From an uncultured Bacteroidota bacterium (GTDB lineage: Bacteria; Bacteroidota; Ignavibacteria; Kryptoniales; JAKASW01), in the NCBI GenBank assembly GCA_963768145.1, contig CAVYHK010000033.1, positions 227,756 through 291,755 of the forward strand: a DNA stretch of 64,000 bases. Direction: 5' to 3'. The first letter of the stretch is position 1, and each line of letters begins with the position of its first letter. Made by a program: the position numbers and the translations under genes. Below are positions 37,646 to 45,877 of this stretch, piece by piece. The notes under the pieces are model-generated. The model ran no database searches. It worked only from the letters and a program-made list of their open reading frames with translations, and was not told the origin of the DNA.

Positions 37646-39579
37646 GAATCGTCACGGCCTTTCTGATCCTGTCTCTGACAACTTGCGCCTACTCTCAGAT
37701 GCCGTTCAGTCAAACCGACGAGGCAAGCTACAATTTGGGTCTGCAAAGCTTCAAACAGGGTGACTACTCAACGGCATATCAGTATCTTCATCAGGTGATG
37801 AATGATTCGCTAAACCAGAGATCGGCGGAATCATTTTACTACGGCTCGAAATGCCTATTCAACCTCCACCGTTATCAAGAGTCGATTGTAGCAATAGACA
37901 CTTTTCTTGCTCGTTTCCCAACTGACGAACATGAGTATGAAATGATTTACGTCTTAGGGGCAAATTATTATGAATTGGGAAAATACCAATCCGCGGGTAT
38001 GGAATTTGTGGTGGCAATAGATTCGGCTTCGGATCAGATGGTAAAAGATCGTGCTGTTGCAAGTCTCAGGACTCTCGTAGATTTCAATTTGAGCTTCGAT
38101 AACATCAGGAATTTGTTCAATCAATGCCGTTCCAGGCTTTCAGCAGTGACGATTTCAATCGCATTTGCCCGCAGAGCATACTTTTCGGACAGAGTTGGAA
38201 CAGCCGACAGCCTCTTAAATGAGTTCACCGAGAGGTATCCTCAAGCCGGCCCAGGGAGCGGTGAAATCTCGAAGTGGATTGACAGGATAGCAGCAGACAA
38301 AGTTATGAGCCAAGCTCGAATAAAAATCGGAGCTCTGCTTCCATTGCAGTACGGAAGTGGCGTAGGCGACCGACTTCTCCTTGGAATTCAACTTGCGCTT
38401 GACAATTATGATGCAACGGCACACACAAAAGTGGGGCTTGTTCTGGAAAACTACGGAAACAACCTGGTGTGGCTATATTCAGATATGCGCACTCTTGCCA
38501 GAGACGAAGCGGTAAAAGGAGTTATAGGTCCAGTATTCAGCAATGAGGTTTCGACTATAGTTGATATTGCAAACTCGTCGAAGTTGCCCACAATAACTCC
38601 TACCGCGACTCAGGCAGGACTTGTCGCGGGAAATTCTTATGTCTTTCAATCGAATCCCAGTTTCAAGACGCGTGCACGGGCACTGGCAGATTATGCAGTC
38701 AACGTTCTGCATATTCAGAAAATGGCAGTCCTGTCGCCTTCAGATACGTACGGAAAAAACATTGCGGGTTTCTTCGTCGACAGACTGAACGAACTTGGCG
38801 TCAAACCAATTTCGGTGGTTTATTTCGAGACCGGAGCTACCGACCTTTCACGGGAAATCGGAAAAATAAAGAACGATGCCGCCGCGCTCCTGAATGAACC
38901 TTATGTCGACTTCTCGAAGCTCGACAAACAACAGCAGTCAAAATTGGAAAGTTGCGGCATCGCATCTTCATTTGTCGACTCGCTTGAAAAATTTAGTGGG
39001 AGCGTCGATGCTTATGATCTACTGGGTGGAGATCCGCAGAGGATTGCCGATTCGCTCGGGATTCCTATTTCAAACCGGACCGTTCTCGGAGATTTCGATG
39101 CTCTTCGATCTCTCGGCGCAATTTTCATTCCGCTGACTTCATCGAAAGACATCGGGGTCATTGGAGCACAATTAGCTTATTACAATGTGAGGACCCAGCT
39201 CCTCGGGACAGACGATTGGTATGATTTGAACCAGCTCTCAAATAATGATTTGTACGTCGATGGAGTAATCTTCTGCAGCGACACATACTTTGACGCAAAC
39301 TCAGCCGCGTACAAAGCGGCAAGTGACTCGCTGTCACAGATCTCAGACGTGGAATTTGACCGAACGATCTCTTATGGATACGATCTGACAAACATGTTGC
39401 TTGACGCGATCAAATCGGGCGGCGACAGATCGGATATCGTAAACGGACTAAGGTCGAAAACCTTCCGCGGTTTGCATTCCACAATTTCGTTTTTCGACGA
39501 CAACTCGAATCACTGCGTACATATCCTTCAATTCAAGAAAGGAAATATTATCGACCTTGGCGAAGTGAGCAGCAACTGA
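37642..39579 (+). CDS. TPR + type-I periplasmic-binding-fold (LivK/LpoA-like) protein
   Basis: Signal peptide and N-terminal TPR, then IKIGALLPLQYGSG.G..LL.GIQLAL...GVIGPVFSNEV (Peripla_BP_6-like). Confidence 0.7.
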   Translation: MRIVTAFLILSLTTCAYSQMPFSQTDEASYNLGLQSFKQGDYSTAYQYLHQVMNDSLNQRSAESFYYGSKCLFNLHRYQESIVAIDTFLARFPTDEHEYEMIYVLGANYYELGKYQSAGMEFVVAIDSASDQMVKDRAVASLRTLVDFNLSFDNIRNLFNQCRSRLSAVTISIAFARRAYFSDRVGTADSLLNEFTERYPQAGPGSGEISKWIDRIAADKVMSQARIKIGALLPLQYGSGVGDRLLLGIQLALDNYDATAHTKVGLVLENYGNNLVWLYSDMRTLARDEAVKGVIGPVFSNEVSTIVDIANSSKLPTITPTATQAGLVAGNSYVFQSNPSFKTRARALADYAVNVLHIQKMAVLSPSDTYGKNIAGFFVDRLNELGVKPISVVYFETGATDLSREIGKIKNDAAALLNEPYVDFSKLDKQQQSKLESCGIASSFVDSLEKFSGSVDAYDLLGGDPQRIADSLGIPISNRTVLGDFDALRSLGAIFIPLTSSKDIGVIGAQLAYYNVRTQLLGTDDWYDLNQLSNNDLYVDGVIFCSDTYFDANSAAYKAASDSLSQISDVEFDRTISYGYDLTNMLLDAIKSGGDRSDIVNGLRSKTFRGLHSTISFFDDNSNHCVHILQFKKGNIIDLGEVSSN

Positions 39580-39618
39580 GAGTTTCCGAACCTAGTTTAA
39601 GTCAAAGGGGGCAAAACG

Positions 39619-40344
39619 ATGGCGAAAAATTCGAATCAATCAGAGGTGAAACGACACACGTTGCGCGAGTGGCCTGAGAGCGAAAAACCGCGCGAAAAAC
39701 TTCTCTCCCAGACCGCAACAAAACTTACCGATGTGGAGCTCCTCGCAATCCTTCTCAGGACAGGAACCAGAACAAAATCCCTCTCACGAACCGCGATAGA
39801 TGTCGCCAGGGATGTGCTGATGATGTTTGATAATTCTCTCGAAATGCTTTCGTCGAGGGACGCTCTCGAATTGTCAAACATTGCGGGAATTGGAAAAGTG
39901 AAGGCGGTTACTCTTGTCGCCGCGTTTGAGCTTGGGAGGAGGATACAAATCAATCCAAGCAGAGAAACAGCGCTTCTCAACAATCCTGAAGCTGTTCATA
40001 AATTTGTCATGAGAGATTTCGCGGGCGAAAAGCGGGAGGTGTTCAGAGTGGTTGCACTGAGCACATCCGGCAGGGTGAAACGTGTAAAGACAATGACCGA
40101 GGGAACGCTAAGTGCGAGCCTTGTCGATGCGAGGGCTGTATTTAAATTCGCGATTCTCGAAGATGCTGCGAGCATCATTGTTGTACACAATCACCCGAGC
40201 GGGAAGCTCGACCCGAGCAGGGAAGACATACAAATCACCAAAGATCTCGTTCACTCCGGGGAATTCTTAGACATCCCCGTCCACGACCATTTGATCGTAG
40301 GGCCGACAGGGTATTTGAGCATGAAGAACGCCGGATACATTTGA
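39619..40344 (+). CDS. radC: RadC-family JAB/MPN domain protein
   Basis: PREKLL..G...L.DVELLAILLRTG...IIVVHNHPSG. Confidence 0.9.
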   Translation: MAKNSNQSEVKRHTLREWPESEKPREKLLSQTATKLTDVELLAILLRTGTRTKSLSRTAIDVARDVLMMFDNSLEMLSSRDALELSNIAGIGKVKAVTLVAAFELGRRIQINPSRETALLNNPEAVHKFVMRDFAGEKREVFRVVALSTSGRVKRVKTMTEGTLSASLVDARAVFKFAILEDAASIIVVHNHPSGKLDPSREDIQITKDLVHSGEFLDIPVHDHLIVGPTGYLSMKNAGYI

Positions 40345-40411
40345 GTGAACAAGTGAGCTTGAGCGGTTAAAGTAAAACCTCTGTTCACCGTCCACTTTTC
40401 GGCATTTCGTT

Positions 40412-41044
40412 CTAACTGGTAGCAGTTTCCTGCTGCTTCTTCATATACGTCCCGAAGACAAAATCCCAAATCGGCGAACTGACTCCATAATTCCCATCAG
40501 GATCCATATAATGGTGGCGCATGTGCTGCTGCTTCAGATATAGTGAGACTTTTCCCCGCAGGCTGAAATGATGAACCGCGTAATGTGTCAGGTCATACGT
40601 GAGATAACCGAGTATGAATCCTGCAAAGAATGGGGGCAAGAGCTGGTCCCCGAGAATATTTTTGAAAAGAAAATAGAAAAGAAGAGCTAAAGGAATACTG
40701 ACTACTGGGGGCATCACAAGTCGGGTGGAATCGTTCGGGTAGTCGTGGTGAACGCCATGAAACATAAAGTGGATCTTTTTTCCCCATTCGCTCTTCGGCA
40801 CAAAGTGAAAAATGAACCTGTGAAGAGTATATTCCGTGAAACTCCAGACCGCAAGCCCAAGTATGAACAATGAAAACATACGAGCGAAGTTTATGTGCGC
40901 TTCTGCAGTTTCATAAATCATGTAACCGATAACAGGTAAGTAAATCATTGCCGGGATTGACGGGTGCACATGGGAAACAAATTCGAGAATGTCGCTGTCG
41001 AACATCCTTGCCGATTCATCTTTGTTTGAAACATATCGCTTCAT
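40412..41044 (-). CDS. fatty-acid hydroxylase / sterol desaturase family membrane protein
   Basis: His boxes HRFIFH, HGVHHDYP, HYAVHH, HMRHHY. Confidence 0.8.
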   Translation of the reverse strand: MKRYVSNKDESARMFDSDILEFVSHVHPSIPAMIYLPVIGYMIYETAEAHINFARMFSLFILGLAVWSFTEYTLHRFIFHFVPKSEWGKKIHFMFHGVHHDYPNDSTRLVMPPVVSIPLALLFYFLFKNILGDQLLPPFFAGFILGYLTYDLTHYAVHHFSLRGKVSLYLKQQHMRHHYMDPDGNYGVSSPIWDFVFGTYMKKQQETATS

Positions 41045-41366
41045 GGTGATGATCCTTCTATCAAAGTCAGTTTTAGTGAATTTCTAAATCTCTATCCTGC
41101 AATTGCGCGGAAGCTGTCCTTCGGATACAGGAGATGAAGGACCTTCCGATCGAAAATTCGGATTCGAATCCTTCGATCTATCTCTAAAACTGAAACGAAG
41201 GCGAAATAATTCCCCGATTTGCTATAAAATGGAGAGCTCTTGTTTCCCTGCGGAGAACCTCGGGGGTTCCCGCCGAAGAGAAGCTCGCTGGAACCTGGTG
41301 TACTCGATGGGTGTCTGATGACCTTCGGCAGAAGAGGTCTTCGGACAAATCACCCCAACTTAACGG

Positions 41367-41648
41367 CTATTCTCTTTCAGACTTGGCGTTGTAGACGATC
41401 TTCCGGATGGTGTCGAACCGCAAATATGGATATTCATCCTGGATCTTCTCAATCGCATCGCCGACACTCATGTAGTTTCGCAGGTCTTTGAAGCGGCGCT
41501 TGATCTGGTAATCTCTAACCGCCTTATAGTCCAAGAGACTGTTTTCGATCAGCTTTTCGTAGATCTCGTCCGTGAGAATATCGCTCAGGGGGTTCTCGAT
41601 CTGTTTCTTTTGTACCTTCTTTTTTTCCGAGGGAAGAACCTTTTCCAT
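41367..41648 (-). CDS. 93-aa hypothetical protein (possible small HTH, Mor-like C-terminus)
   Basis: VRDYQIKRRFKDLRNYMSVGDAIEKIQDEYPYLRFDTIRKIVYN. Weak pattern similarity only. Confidence 0.3.
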   Translation of the reverse strand: MEKVLPSEKKKVQKKQIENPLSDILTDEIYEKLIENSLLDYKAVRDYQIKRRFKDLRNYMSVGDAIEKIQDEYPYLRFDTIRKIVYNAKSERE

Positions 41649-41848
41649 GTTTTCCTCGCTTATCCTTTAGTGAGACTTAATTTTAACATACATTATCGAA
41701 GTCTCTCTTTTCCCTCCGATTGTGTTCTTCTATTCGTTTTCATATGCCGTCAAATAATGACCTTGGTTGCTGGTTTAAATCTAACACTTTCGTCAGTGGT
41801 CTCCTGTGGGCTATATCAACCACCTCACGAGAGCGCTTATTTCGTCTG

Positions 41849-41923
41849 TGGGCTCTACTGGATTCGAACCAGTGACCTCTCGCGTGTGAGGCGAACGCTC
41901 TGAACCAACTGAGCTAAGAGCCC
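41849..41923 (-). tRNA. tRNA-Val (anticodon CAC), canonical cloverleaf
   Basis: GGGCTCT-TA-GCTC-AGTTGGTTCA-GAGC-G-TTCGC-CTCACAC-GCGAG-AGGTC-ACTGG-TTCGAAT-CCAGT-AGAGCCC-A. Confidence 0.92.
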
Positions 41924-41989
41924 GCGTCACCTTGAAAATCTATCATCAAGCAAAAAAAGAGCAGGCTTCCACACACTACAATCGTTCTG

Positions 41990-42064
41990 TGGGCTCTATC
42001 CCGCAAAGCGGGATGACCTCTCGCGTGTGAGGCGAACGCTCTGAACCAACTGAGCTAAGAGCCC
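41990..42064 (-). ncRNA. tRNA-Val(CAC)-like unit with non-canonical T-arm (ATCCC-GCTTTGC-GGGAT)
   Basis: 58/58 identical to 41849-41923 outside the 17-nt T-arm, which is replaced by a different 17-nt hairpin. Confidence 0.7.
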
Positions 42065-42130
42065 GCCTCACCTTGAAAATCTATCATCAAGCAAAAAAAG
42101 AGCAGGCTTCCACACACTACAATCGTTCTG

Positions 42131-42205
42131 TGGGCTCTATCCCGCAAAGCGGGATGACCTCTCGCGTGTGAGGCGAACGCTCTGAACCAACTGAGCTAAG
42201 AGCCC
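42131..42205 (-). ncRNA. tRNA-Val(CAC)-like unit with non-canonical T-arm (identical to 41990-42064)
   Basis: 75/75 identical to the previous unit. Confidence 0.7.
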
Positions 42206-42271
42206 GCGCCGGCTTGTAAATCTGTCATCAAACAGAGAAAGAACAAGCGTTCACACACTGCAATCGTTTCG

Positions 42272-42346
42272 TGGGTTCTATCCCTCAGAGCAGGATGACC
42301 TCACGCGTGTGAAGCGAACGCTCTTATCCGCTTGGGCTGAGAGCCC
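42272..42346 (-). ncRNA. diverged tRNA-Val(CAC)-like unit (variant T-arm ATCCT-GCTCTGA-GGGAT; stem mismatches)
   Basis: GGGCTCT-CA-GCCC-AAGCGGATAA-GAGC-G-TTCGC-TTCACAC-GCGTG-AGGTC-ATCCT-GCTCTGA-GGGAT-AGAACCC-A. There is one mismatch each in the acceptor, D and anticodon stems. Confidence 0.55.
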
Positions 42347-42358
42347 AGAATAATGAAT

Positions 42359-42387
42359 AATCTAACACACAGTCGGTTGGTAATCAA
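42359..42387 (-). promoter_or_regulatory. sigma70-like promoter TTGATT-N17-TAGATT, 12 nt upstream of the first tRNA-like unit
   Basis: The minus strand reads TTGATT accaaccgactgtgtgt TAGATT attcattattct GGGCTCT. Confidence 0.55.
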
Positions 42388-42605
42388 GAAAATCCCCGTG
42401 ATTTTCGTCGTTTTTTCCCTATCCACCCATCTAACTCAAGAAACCGAAGGCTTTGCATTTTCAATTGGTTTCACTTAGGACGAGATTGCAATCATATGGT
42501 TTAAAATGCATTATCGGACACCTACCGAAGCGTGTTTCAGCACTTGTGAATTTCGAAGGTACCCATTGCAGACACGGCAAAAGAGGTGCCCTTTGGGTCG
42601 AAACA

Positions 42606-44447
42606 CTAAATCCCGGCTGATTCAAGGACTTCTACCGCTACTTCATACTTCTTGAAGGGCGGGAGCAGGTAAGCCCCTGCAACAGCAGACTTAGCCTCTC
42701 GGAGGAATTCCGACGAAATATCAATTCCAACCCGAACGGCATTCTCACCGGCGCGAGACATTCTCTCTCTTACCTTTTCAGGTATGTTTATTCCGGGTAT
42801 TTCATGATGAAGGAATTCCGCATGCTTGTAACTTCGAAGGGGAAGAACTCCTACTATGACCGGAATGTGCAATGGTTCTACCGCCCTAATGAATCTCTCA
42901 AGAACACCAATCTCGTAGATCGGTTGAGTGATAATCACTTCCGCTCCCGATTCGACCTTGCGACCAAGTTTTTCTATCTCGTAGCCGAATTTATCCGCAG
43001 ATGGATTCGCGGCACATGCGATAGTAAAAGATGTTGTCTCGCCAATGGGATTTCCAGCGGAGTCCCGTCCACAATTCATGTTCTTTATTATCTTGATAAG
43101 TCCCACCGAGTCGACATCGAAGACTGATTTTGCCTGGGGGAGATCGCCGATCTTTGCGGGGTCGCCAGTAATCACCAGAATATTCCTTAATCCCAGCGCA
43201 TGCGCCCCTAGAAGTTCAGCTTGCAAGCCGATCATGTTTCTGTCTCGCGTGGCTAAGTGGGTGATAGCTTCGATTCCAACCTCCTGCTGAATGATTCTTG
43301 AGATTGCAACCGAGCTCATTCTTATTCTTGCCCGCGCTCCATCCGTGACATGCACCGCATCGAATCCGTTCTCTTTGCAGAAGCGTGCCCCCTCGATGAC
43401 GGTCGAAATATCGAGGCCGCGAGGAATATCGAGTTCCAGGGTCGTGATGAATTTTTTTCCGATTTTTCTCGAGAACTCAGACCGTGTTGAAACTTTTTCT
43501 GCTGTCGGTCCCTTGCTGGGCAGAATTCTCTTCCTAGGGGTGGTTATAGACTCTCGTAATCCTGCTGGCCGAGCGGACCTCACATCGCGGACGGCTTCCG
43601 CAATTGCTTTGATGTGAGAAGGTGTTGAGCCGCAACACGCTCCGATAACTGTAACGCCAGCTTCAACAAGCTGCTTTGCATAGGTTGCGAGATATTCCGG
43701 CGTCGCATGATAAATTGATCTCCCGTCTACAAGTGTAGGAATTCCCGCAGCAGGTTGAGCCGACAGAACGAGATCTTCAGAAGACATCGATTTTATCAGC
43801 CCGTACATTCTCTGCGGGCCCACCGTGCAGTTCGATCCGACAACATCCACACCTTTAGATTTAATATGTCTCACAACTTCAACAGGAAAATCGGTAGCCA
43901 AGATTGCGCCATCTTCGGAAAATGTCTTCTGAGCAATTATCGGTATTTCAGGCGAGATTTCTTTCACGGCATCGATAGCGGCGTCCAGCTCGTTTAGATC
44001 AATGAATGTCTCAAGTATCAGAAGATCGACTCCGCCTTTGACGAGAATTTCTACCTGTTCTTTAAAAACTTTTTTCGCATCGGCGATTTTCGTCTTACCA
44101 AGAGGTTCAAGGAGTTTCCCGGTCGGTCCGACAGCGCCGGCGACGTAGACATTCTCCCCGGCGGCGCGCCTAGCGATTTTCACTGCAGACTCGTTTATCT
44201 CGTTTATTTTATCGGCAAGATGGTACGCCTCGAGGCGCATCCTATTGGCAGAAAACGTGTTCGTCTCGATGATTTCCGCGCCGGCTTGAATATATTCGCG
44301 GTGCGCACGTTCCACAATGTCCGGGTTCTTTATATTATGAATCTCCGGCGGCAGCTCGTCATATTCATACAGTTCGAGAAGCGTCCCCATTGCACCGTCG
44401 CACACGATAACGCCGTCTTTGAGTCTTTCACGAAATGGTTTCTTCAT
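42606..44447 (-). CDS. bifunctional homocysteine S-methyltransferase / 5,10-methylenetetrahydrofolate reductase (YitJ-like)
   Basis: The N-terminus GVIVCDGAMGTLL...TNTF is an Hcy-binding domain. The C-terminal ~290 aa is MetF-like (..TTLELDIPRG...ITGDP..). Confidence 0.85.
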   Translation of the reverse strand: MKKPFRERLKDGVIVCDGAMGTLLELYEYDELPPEIHNIKNPDIVERAHREYIQAGAEIIETNTFSANRMRLEAYHLADKINEINESAVKIARRAAGENVYVAGAVGPTGKLLEPLGKTKIADAKKVFKEQVEILVKGGVDLLILETFIDLNELDAAIDAVKEISPEIPIIAQKTFSEDGAILATDFPVEVVRHIKSKGVDVVGSNCTVGPQRMYGLIKSMSSEDLVLSAQPAAGIPTLVDGRSIYHATPEYLATYAKQLVEAGVTVIGACCGSTPSHIKAIAEAVRDVRSARPAGLRESITTPRKRILPSKGPTAEKVSTRSEFSRKIGKKFITTLELDIPRGLDISTVIEGARFCKENGFDAVHVTDGARARIRMSSVAISRIIQQEVGIEAITHLATRDRNMIGLQAELLGAHALGLRNILVITGDPAKIGDLPQAKSVFDVDSVGLIKIIKNMNCGRDSAGNPIGETTSFTIACAANPSADKFGYEIEKLGRKVESGAEVIITQPIYEIGVLERFIRAVEPLHIPVIVGVLPLRSYKHAEFLHHEIPGINIPEKVRERMSRAGENAVRVGIDISSEFLREAKSAVAGAYLLPPFKKYEVAVEVLESAGI

Positions 44448-44533
44448 TTTACCAAAATAATGTGACCGTTGAGAATTTCTTCGAACTAAAAGTTATGAAT
44501 TTCCGAAGCTAATTCAAAAAAACCGTTGAATTT

Positions 44534-44737
44534 GGGTAGTGGGCTCTTTTGAAATTAAGAAAAGATAAAATCTGACCACTAATTGCACGAATTGCTTTTT
44601 GTCGGACACAAATGCGCACGAATAAGGCTTTCCATTCGTGTCATTAAACATAATTGAATTTATTAGTTTTATTCTGCCGAAGGCATCCCTTCGGGAGTGT
44701 TCATATTTCTTTTCTAGGAACAAAGTAGCCCACTACC
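44534..44737. mobile_element. 204-bp MITE, TIR GGGTAGTGGGCT / AGCCCACTACC (11/11), TSD TGAATTT
   Basis: tgaattt occurs at 44527-44533 and 44738-44744. The element lies 87 nt upstream of the YitJ-like start. Confidence 0.8.
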
Positions 44738-44866
44738 TGAATTTGCCTGAGTATGTCAGTCTCCACCGTGACAAAATCATTGCAAATTCTTGACAAAATT
44801 GTGATAATCGTTCATTCAGATTCTTATATGTTAAGTGCATGAATTTAAGCAGAAGGAGATGAGTTT

Positions 44867-45613
44867 ATGAAGAAGAGACGTTTACTCGCATTCGGGACGC
44901 TTTTGCTTCTTCCATATTTGATCAGCGTGGATGGTGATTCATCGAGTGTTCCCGGCACGTTTATCGAATTTGCTATCAGCAAAGGGCTCTACGCGGATGT
45001 CACCAGAGATTGCAGTGGGAACGTGGTAAGCGTTGACAAGCGTAATTTCTGGGATGCAGGAGCCAAGGTAGTGCACAGAGTTTCCGTTCTTAAAGTGACA
45101 GCGGATGCGGGAGCGACAACTGGCGACAATAATGATGTGACCACGAATTATGAAAACGTCCCTCAAGCAGTTCAGGGGGAGTATTCAACAACCGAGCAAA
45201 CGGAAACGCGAGTAACTCCATACGCGAGTGCCACGGTCGGCCTCGACACGAAGTATTTCGGACTCGATTTAGGCGGGGCACTTCTCTTCGAAAAAGGCGG
45301 TACAAGACCGATACCCGCAGGGAATCTCCGAATTGGACTTGAAGACATTCTTTATCTCTCTTGCGGAGTTGCACAGAACACAAACCTATTTGGGGGCAGC
45401 TCGCTGGTGGATTTGGGAATCGGGATTGGCACAGGTAAACCGGGGTCACTCTTGTGGCTCGGGATCGGTGGAATCCCTTATGATGGAACTGTATTCTCGG
45501 CGAAACTCGACTACCCAGTATCAGACAAGATTGCCATTCAGCCTCGGATTGGAATAGGGCTTGAGCAATTCGGCGAATACAGCGTCAGCTTAGGGATGCG
45601 AATGGCGCTGTGA
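44867..45613 (+). CDS. hypothetical secreted / outer-membrane beta-rich protein
   Basis: Signal peptide MKKRRLLAFGTLLLLP, then Gly-rich alternating segments. Confidence 0.4.
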   Translation: MKKRRLLAFGTLLLLPYLISVDGDSSSVPGTFIEFAISKGLYADVTRDCSGNVVSVDKRNFWDAGAKVVHRVSVLKVTADAGATTGDNNDVTTNYENVPQAVQGEYSTTEQTETRVTPYASATVGLDTKYFGLDLGGALLFEKGGTRPIPAGNLRIGLEDILYLSCGVAQNTNLFGGSSLVDLGIGIGTGKPGSLLWLGIGGIPYDGTVFSAKLDYPVSDKIAIQPRIGIGLEQFGEYSVSLGMRMAL

Positions 45614-45877
45614 GCTGTGAGAGACAATTCGCTCTGTTATCTCGATGCCGATCCCTTAAGTTCCGACTCCGTTTAGCACCCAAACAGAAAGGTGGCACTG
45701 CTGAGACATTCGGCGATGATTGCCACATGGGCTGAAGTAGCGAATTATGTTCCACTCTGGTTATGAAATCAATTTCTGGAACCGGCCTGAAATGTTTAAG
45801 GGAGCTTCGACCGCAGCAGATTTCATGTAACATTTGACTCCACAAGCCAGTATATTATTTCTTATAGCAATGGAGAA

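Larger units (their letters stand above)
41849..42346 (-). repeat. tandem array, 141-nt period (75-nt tRNA-like unit + 66-nt spacer), 4 units
   Basis: Unit starts are at 41849, 41990, 42131 and 42272. Spacers 1-2 and 2-3 are 65/66 identical. Confidence 0.9.

Noticed and set aside
41160-41171. GGATTCGAATCC palindrome resembling a T-arm
   Set aside because: No flanking acceptor, anticodon or D elements are present, and the stem is only 3 bp around TTCGAA.
41849-42346. Regularly spaced repeats that might be a CRISPR array
   Set aside because: The repeat unit is 75 nt and folds as a tRNA. The 'spacers' are themselves 65/66 identical to each other. No cas genes are present.
44448-44533. SAM or cobalamin riboswitch expected upstream of the homocysteine methyltransferase/MTHFR gene
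   Set aside because: No conserved riboswitch core was visible by eye in the 86-nt leader or in the adjacent MITE. An Rfam scan is needed to exclude one formally.
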